From Paracoccus sp. (in: a-proteobacteria) (GTDB lineage: Bacteria > Pseudomonadota > Alphaproteobacteria > Rhodobacterales > Rhodobacteraceae), in assembly GCA_047971845.1 (NCBI GenBank), contig JBKEAB010000169.1, positions 1,385 through 65,384 of the forward strand: DNA of 64,000 bases, read 5' to 3'. The position numbers and the translations under genes were made by a program. Under the pieces are notes generated by a model. It did not search any database. It was given only the letters and a program-made list of their open reading frames with translations, and had not been told where the DNA came from. Below are positions 58,355 to 64,000 of this stretch, one piece after another (within the stretch, counting starts at the first letter, position 1; each line of letters starts with the position of its first letter).

Positions 58355-59439
58355 GCCTTTCTGTCGAACTTCGCCATGGCTTTCCCGGCTTTGCTCTGGA
58401 TCTCTCCTTTCGGACCGGACCGGGTGTAACAGCACTTTTCGGACGGTCCGGTGCCGGAAAAACAACCGTTGTGAATGCCGTCGCGGGCCTTCTTCGTCCC
58501 GATCAGGCCCGGATTGAGACCAGCGGCGAAATCCTGACCGATACGACACGTGGTATCTTTCTGCCACCGCATCAACGCCGGATCGGCTATGTCTTTCAAG
58601 ATGCAAGACTGTTTCCGCATCTGAACGTACGTCAAAACCTTGATTACGGGCGGCGTCTGGCACCATCTACCACACGCCCCAATGCAACCCGCATCACTGA
58701 AATCATTGACCTTCTGGGTATTGGTAGCTTGCTGCACCGGCGGCCCGGCGGGTTATCGGGGGGGGAACGGCAGCGCATTGCACTTGGCCGGGCAATCCTG
58801 TCAGGTCCGCGCCTGCTTTTAATGGATGAACCTCTCGCCGCATTGGATGAGGCCCGCAAAGCTGAAATCCTGCCTTACCTGGAGCGATTGCGTGATGAAC
58901 TGGAGCTGCCCATCCTTTATGTCAGCCATAATGTCGCCGAAATCACCCGGTTGGCAAATACCGTGGTGATACTGGAATCCGGTCATATCGTGACAGCGGG
59001 ACCCGCTGAACAGGTCCTGTCCGATCCTGCCAGCAACATCGCCCTTGGCCGCGAAACCGGATCGCTGATCCAGGCCCGGGTCACGGCACTGGACAATGAC
59101 GGGCTGGCCCGGCTCGACACACCTGCCGGTCCGGTCTGGACCGCTTATTCCGGTATCGCACCAGGTATGCGGGTGCGATTACGCATTCTGGCCCAGGATG
59201 TAATGCTGGCAACCCAAATGCCGGAGAATATTTCAGCACTGAACGTGCTGAGAGGAAAGGTCGACCGGATCGAACCCGACAACCATGGCAGCGTATTGGT
59301 CCGACTGAAACTGGGACAGGATGCGGCGATCCTGTCACGGATCACCTGCCGGTCATGCGATGCGCTTGGCCTGAAACCGGGTGTACAGGTCCATGCAATC
59401 CTGAAAACTGTCGCAATCTCCGAAGTTACGGAGGATTGA
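58351..59439 (+). CDS. modC: Molybdate ABC transporter ATP-binding protein
   Basis: GRSGAGKT, FQDARLFPHL, LSGGERQR, C-terminal TOBE/Mop region (SALN). Confidence 0.95.
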   Translation: MSLSVELRHGFPGFALDLSFRTGPGVTALFGRSGAGKTTVVNAVAGLLRPDQARIETSGEILTDTTRGIFLPPHQRRIGYVFQDARLFPHLNVRQNLDYGRRLAPSTTRPNATRITEIIDLLGIGSLLHRRPGGLSGGERQRIALGRAILSGPRLLLMDEPLAALDEARKAEILPYLERLRDELELPILYVSHNVAEITRLANTVVILESGHIVTAGPAEQVLSDPASNIALGRETGSLIQARVTALDNDGLARLDTPAGPVWTAYSGIAPGMRVRLRILAQDVMLATQMPENISALNVLRGKVDRIEPDNHGSVLVRLKLGQDAAILSRITCRSCDALGLKPGVQVHAILKTVAISEVTED

Positions 59440-59452
59440 TCAGGATCGGGTA

Positions 59453-60550
59453 TCAGGCATTGAACAGGAAGTGCAGGACATCCCCATCCTTGACTTCATA
59501 ACTCTTGCCTTCAACACGCAGCTTGCCGGCCTCACGCGCACCGGCTTCCCCATGCCCCGTGATATAATCATCATAGGCAATTGTCTCGGCCCGGATAAAG
59601 CCACGTTCGAAATCACCATGGATGACACCCGCCGCCTGAGGGGCCAGCGTTCCCCTGCGGATCGTCCAGGCACGGGCCTCCTTCGGGCCGACGGTAAAAT
59701 AGGTCTGCAGGCCCAATAACTCATAGCCCGCCCGGATCAGCCGGTCGAGCCCGGCCTCACTCAACCCCATTTCGGACAGGAACATCCCGGCTTCATCATC
59801 GGAAAGCTGACTGATTTCCTCTTCGATCCGGGCGGAGATAACCACCTGCCCGGCCCCCTGTTCAGCCGCCATCTTCGCCACGGCTTCGGAATGGGCATTA
59901 CCGGTCGCGGCCTCGTCCTCAGCCACGTTGCAGACGTAAAGCACCGGCTTTGCGGTCAGAAGCTGCAACATGTTCCATGCCTTGCGGTCATCATCAGCCA
60001 CATCTACGGTGCGGGCCGGACGCCCTGCTTCCAGAGCCTCCTTCGCAGCATTCATCAGCCGGGCATCTTCCCTGGCTTGCTTGTCACCCGCATTGATCTT
60101 TCGGCTAAGGTTGGCCAGCCGCTTTTCCAGACTTTCAAGGTCGGCAATCATCAGCTCGGTTTCGATGGTTTCGGCATCGGCAATCGGATCAACGCGCCCT
60201 TCGACATGGGTCACATCACCGTCTTCAAAACATCGTAAGACATGGGCTATAGCATCGACTTCACGGATATTGGCCAGAAACTGATTGCCCAGCCCCTCCC
60301 CCTTCGAGGCCCCTTTCACCAGCCCGGCAATATCAACAAAGGTGATCCGGGTCGGGATGATCTGCTTGCTGCCGGCAATTCCGGCAAGCGCATCCAGACG
60401 AGGGTCGGGCACGGCCACTTCACCGACATTCGGTTCAATAGTGCAAAACGGAAAATTTGCCGCCTGCGCAGCAGCCGTGCGCGTCAGCGCGTTGAACAGG
60501 GTCGATTTGCCGACATTCGGCAGTCCGACGATCCCCATGCGAAAACCCAT
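59453..60550 (-). CDS. ychF: Redox-regulated ATPase YchF
   Basis: [44 protein letters not shown]. Confidence 0.97.
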   Translation of the reverse strand: MGFRMGIVGLPNVGKSTLFNALTRTAAAQAANFPFCTIEPNVGEVAVPDPRLDALAGIAGSKQIIPTRITFVDIAGLVKGASKGEGLGNQFLANIREVDAIAHVLRCFEDGDVTHVEGRVDPIADAETIETELMIADLESLEKRLANLSRKINAGDKQAREDARLMNAAKEALEAGRPARTVDVADDDRKAWNMLQLLTAKPVLYVCNVAEDEAATGNAHSEAVAKMAAEQGAGQVVISARIEEEISQLSDDEAGMFLSEMGLSEAGLDRLIRAGYELLGLQTYFTVGPKEARAWTIRRGTLAPQAAGVIHGDFERGFIRAETIAYDDYITGHGEAGAREAGKLRVEGKSYEVKDGDVLHFLFNA

Positions 60551-60657
60551 GTCGAAATCCCGTGCGATGCAGTTGGTTTGCAGCGCTGTTTACGCGGGCA
60601 TGGGCACAAGGTCCAGTCACGTCTTGCAGCAGCCAGGAACAAGCTACCCCACCCCGT

Positions 60658-62457
60658 TCAATTGTCCATCTTCAGGGCCTGGATAAACGCCGTTTGCGGA
60701 ATTTCAACCTTGCCGAACTGGCGCATCTTCTTTTTGCCGGCCTTTTGCTTTTCCAGCAATTTCTTCTTCCGCGTAGCATCCCCGCCATAACATTTTGCCG
60801 TAACATCCTTGCGCAGCGCCGACAGAGTTTCGCGGGCAATAACCCGGGATCCGATAGCTGCCTGTATCGGGATTTTGAACATATGCCGCGGGATCAGTTC
60901 TTTCAGCTTTTCGACCATGACCCGGCCACGGGCTTCAGCCCGGTCGCGGTGAACCATGATGGCGAGGGCATCGACCGGCTCATCATTCACGAGGATCGAC
61001 ATCTTCACCAGAAAATCCTCGCGATATTCACTGATCTGGTAATCAAATGATGCATAACCCTTGGTCACGGATTTCAGCCGGTCATAGAAATCGAAAACCA
61101 CTTCCGCCAGGGGCAGATCATAGACGACCATGGCGCGGGCACCGGCATAGGTCAGATCAAGCTGGATCCCCCGCCGATCCTGACACAATTTCAGCACATC
61201 GCCCAGATATTCGTCGGGAACCATGATCGTGGCCTTGATACGCGGTTCTTCAATATGGTCAACCAGTGTCAGGTCAGGCATGTCGGCGGGGTTATGCAGG
61301 TCGCGGACCTCACCATCCTTCATATAGAGCTTGAAGACGACACTGGGCGCAGTCGTGATCAGATCCAGGTCATATTCGCGTTCCAACCTGTCCCGGATAA
61401 CCTCCAGGTGCAGAAGCCCGAGGAAACCGCAGCGGAATCCGAAACCGAGCGCGGTCGATGTTTCCATTTCATAGCTGAAAGAAGCGTCGTTCAGGGCCAG
61501 CTTCTCTATTGCATCACGTAGCGCTTCAAAATCATTGGCATCAACAGGAAAGAGGCCACAGAAGACAACAGGCTGGGCAGGCTTGAAGCCCGGAAGCGGA
61601 CTATCTGTCCCCTTTTTTTCATGCGTAATCGTATCGCCGACACGGGTATCGCGAACCTGCTTGATGGATGCTGTGAAAACACCGATCTCACCCGGACCGA
61701 GTTCGGTGATATCTTTCATCGCAGGTGTCAGAACAGCCAACTTATCCAGCTTATAGGTTGCGCCGGTCTGCATCATCTTGACCTGATCACCCTTGCGGAT
61801 CACTCCATCCATAACCCGGATCATGACCACGACCCCCAGATATGGATCATACCAGCTGTCAACCAGCATAGCTTTCAGCGTAGCATCCCGGTCTCCTTTG
61901 GGGGCAGGCAGACGCTGCACGATAGCCTCCAGAACATCGGGAATACCCAACCCGGTCTTGGCAGAAATCGGCACGGCTTCGGAGGCATCAATGCCGATTA
62001 CATCTTCGATCTGCGCCTTGACACGATCAGGCTCTGCGGCCGGCAGATCAATCTTGTTCAGGACCGGAACGATTTCATGGTCCGCATCAATGGCCTGATA
62101 GACATTGGCCAGCGTCTGCGCCTCGACCCCCTGGGTTGCATCGACAACCAGAAGCGACCCTTCAACGGCGCGCATCGAACGGCTGACCTCATAGGCAAAA
62201 TCGACATGACCGGGTGTATCGATCAGGTTCAGGGTATAGGTTTTTCCGTCCTTCGCCGGATAGGCGATACGCACGGTATTTGCCTTTATGGTAATGCCGC
62301 GTTCGCGTTCGATATCCATACTGTCGAGCAGCTGCGCCTTCATATCGCGTTCGGCAACCGTTCCGGTCAGCTGGATCAGCCGATCGGCCAACGTGGATTT
62401 GCCGTGGTCGATATGAGCCACGATGGAGAAATTACGGATGAGATCAAGGTCGGTCAT
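60658..62457 (-). CDS. lepA: Elongation factor 4 (LepA)
   Basis: [47 protein letters not shown]. Confidence 0.98.
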   Translation of the reverse strand: MTDLDLIRNFSIVAHIDHGKSTLADRLIQLTGTVAERDMKAQLLDSMDIERERGITIKANTVRIAYPAKDGKTYTLNLIDTPGHVDFAYEVSRSMRAVEGSLLVVDATQGVEAQTLANVYQAIDADHEIVPVLNKIDLPAAEPDRVKAQIEDVIGIDASEAVPISAKTGLGIPDVLEAIVQRLPAPKGDRDATLKAMLVDSWYDPYLGVVVMIRVMDGVIRKGDQVKMMQTGATYKLDKLAVLTPAMKDITELGPGEIGVFTASIKQVRDTRVGDTITHEKKGTDSPLPGFKPAQPVVFCGLFPVDANDFEALRDAIEKLALNDASFSYEMETSTALGFGFRCGFLGLLHLEVIRDRLEREYDLDLITTAPSVVFKLYMKDGEVRDLHNPADMPDLTLVDHIEEPRIKATIMVPDEYLGDVLKLCQDRRGIQLDLTYAGARAMVVYDLPLAEVVFDFYDRLKSVTKGYASFDYQISEYREDFLVKMSILVNDEPVDALAIMVHRDRAEARGRVMVEKLKELIPRHMFKIPIQAAIGSRVIARETLSALRKDVTAKCYGGDATRKKKLLEKQKAGKKKMRQFGKVEIPQTAFIQALKMDN

Positions 62458-62687
62458 ACGGCGCATATACAGACGAGTGCATGGCGCGAAAAGAGGCCGC
62501 GTGCGTCCGACATGAAGGTACTAACCCTGCAATTATATCTTGAACTCTACTTGCACGATCTTCAGGGACCGGACCACATGATCCCGCCCGCCCTTCTTCA
62601 GTCTGTTTTCCAACCCTCTGCACATATGCAAATCCCTTTACACCAGAAGCTGCCTGCCTGATCATCCCCCAAAGACAGGAGCACCGC

Positions 62688-64000
62688 ATGACCATTGAAA
62701 ACCGTATTGCCCAAGGCCGGGGCGAAGAACCCGCTGATCTGGTTCTGAAAGGCGGACAGGTCTGGTGCATGGTTACGGGGGCACGCATCTCAGGCGATGT
62801 GGCCATCTGCGGTGATATGATCGTGGGAATCGGGGCCGACTATCAGGGCAGGCGCGAAATTGACGTGGCAGGCACCACACTGGTGCCAGGATTTATTGAC
62901 ACACATCTGCATATTGAAAGTTCGTGTGTGACACCGTCCGAATTTGATCGCTGTGTGACACCACGCGGCATTACAACCGCCATTTGCGACCCGCATGAAA
63001 TTGCCAATGTGATCGGTACGGAAGGCATACGCTATTTCCTTGATGCCGCAGATGATACGGTCATGGATTTGCGGATCAACCTGTCATCCTGTGTTCCCTC
63101 AACAGGGATGGAGACAGCCGGAGCCAGCCTTGATGCCAATGACCTTCTGGCCCTTGCCAACCATCCTAAGGTCATCGGGCTGGCAGAATTCATGAATTAC
63201 CCCGGCGTTCTGGCCCGTGATCCCGATTGCATGGCCAAGCTTCACAGCTTTGAGGGTCGTCATATAGATGGTCACGCACCTCTCCTGTCCGGGCGCGACC
63301 TGAATGGCTATATCGCGGCTGGTATCCGCACTGAACATGAGGCAACCACTGCGTCAGAGGCCTTGGAAAAGCTGCAAAAGGGAATGCGGATCCTTATCCG
63401 TGAAGGATCTGTATCTAAGGATCTGGATGCACTGGCACCGGTTCTGACACCCTTGACCTCACCCTATATATGCCTGTGTACCGATGACCGGAACCCGCTG
63501 GACATTGCCGAGGAAGGTCACCTTGACGCAATGATCCGCCGCCTGATCCGCCATGGCTGCGACCCGCTGGCCGTCTATCGTGCCGCTTCACTTTCGGCAG
63601 CCGAGGCATTCGGGTTGAAGGATCGCGGACAGATAGCTCCGGGAAAGCGGGCTGATATCGTCAGCCTGGAAAATATCGAAGACTGTCACGCCCGGATGGT
63701 TGTTTGCGGCGGCGTAATCACCGATGAAATGGCATTCAGGGGCCGGTCAGAACAGGTTACCACCGGCCTGAACTCGGTTCACGTTCCGGCACTTTCAGCC
63801 GACAGCTTCCGCCTGCCCGGTCACGGCAAAACACCCGTCATCGGAGTTCAGCCTGGCCGTATCCTGACCGATCACCTGAACGAGGAAATCATTGCGACAG
63901 ATGACGACCGGCAACCAGATGCAACCCGCGATCTGGCCCGCATTTCAATCGTTGAACGTCATGGCAGAAATGGAAATGTCGCAAATGGTTTTGTGCGCGG
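62688..64000 (+). CDS. ade: Adenine deaminase (truncated at window end)
   Basis: Read manually: [23 protein letters not shown]...[13 protein letters not shown]...DPHEIANV...[10 protein letters not shown]...DGHAP. Confidence 0.93.
   Translation, partial: MTIENRIAQGRGEEPADLVLKGGQVWCMVTGARISGDVAICGDMIVGIGADYQGRREIDVAGTTLVPGFIDTHLHIESSCVTPSEFDRCVTPRGITTAICDPHEIANVIGTEGIRYFLDAADDTVMDLRINLSSCVPSTGMETAGASLDANDLLALANHPKVIGLAEFMNYPGVLARDPDCMAKLHSFEGRHIDGHAPLLSGRDLNGYIAAGIRTEHEATTASEALEKLQKGMRILIREGSVSKDLDALAPVLTPLTSPYICLCTDDRNPLDIAEEGHLDAMIRRLIRHGCDPLAVYRAASLSAAEAFGLKDRGQIAPGKRADIVSLENIEDCHARMVVCGGVITDEMAFRGRSEQVTTGLNSVHVPALSADSFRLPGHGKTPVIGVQPGRILTDHLNEEIIATDDDRQPDATRDLARISIVERHGRNGNVANGFVR

Noticed and set aside
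62470..62687. Small ORF or riboswitch upstream of ade
   Set aside because: The ~49-codon ORF has no recognisable features, and I could not identify a riboswitch consensus.
1..64000. CRISPR arrays, tRNA/rRNA genes, prophage, defence systems, tandem repeat arrays
   Set aside because: Intergenic spaces are short and none showed repeat-spacer structure or cloverleafs, and no integrase, cas or phage protein was recognised. This was a visual scan only.

Overview
A gene-dense chromosomal segment of an alphaproteobacterium, most consistent with Rhodobacteraceae/Paracoccus-like gene content (taxonomy inferred, not verified). Housekeeping genes are ftsY, gatCA, maeB, frmA, a cold-shock gene, thrS, modABC, ychF, lepA and a truncated ade, together with the bacterial alpha-2-macroglobulin/pbpC pair and an RND pump. 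Two accessory catabolic operons stand out. (1) 11296-16668 encodes a cyclic amidohydrolase, a carbamoylase, a DUF917 protein and a divergent urocanase. This matches the lower ergothioneine (thiourocanate to glutamate) pathway but lacks the ergothionase and any transporter. (2) 21228-38001 is a 15-gene sugar operon with a LacI gene and candidate operator, headed by a 1,5-anhydro-D-fructose reductase homologue. It combines two GMC oxidoreductases, an aldehyde dehydrogenase, a CoA transferase, an enoyl-CoA hydratase, DUF993 and glycerate kinase, and I know of no solved pathway for it. Non-coding signals read directly from the DNA include a tRNA-Thr anticodon-arm-like hairpin in the thrS leader, a Mo-box before modA, a LacI-type operator, an IS3-like left-end relic and a doubly disrupted metallo-hydrolase pseudogene. 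I saw no rRNA, tRNA, CRISPR array, prophage or intact mobile element. All calls come from motif recognition without database searches.
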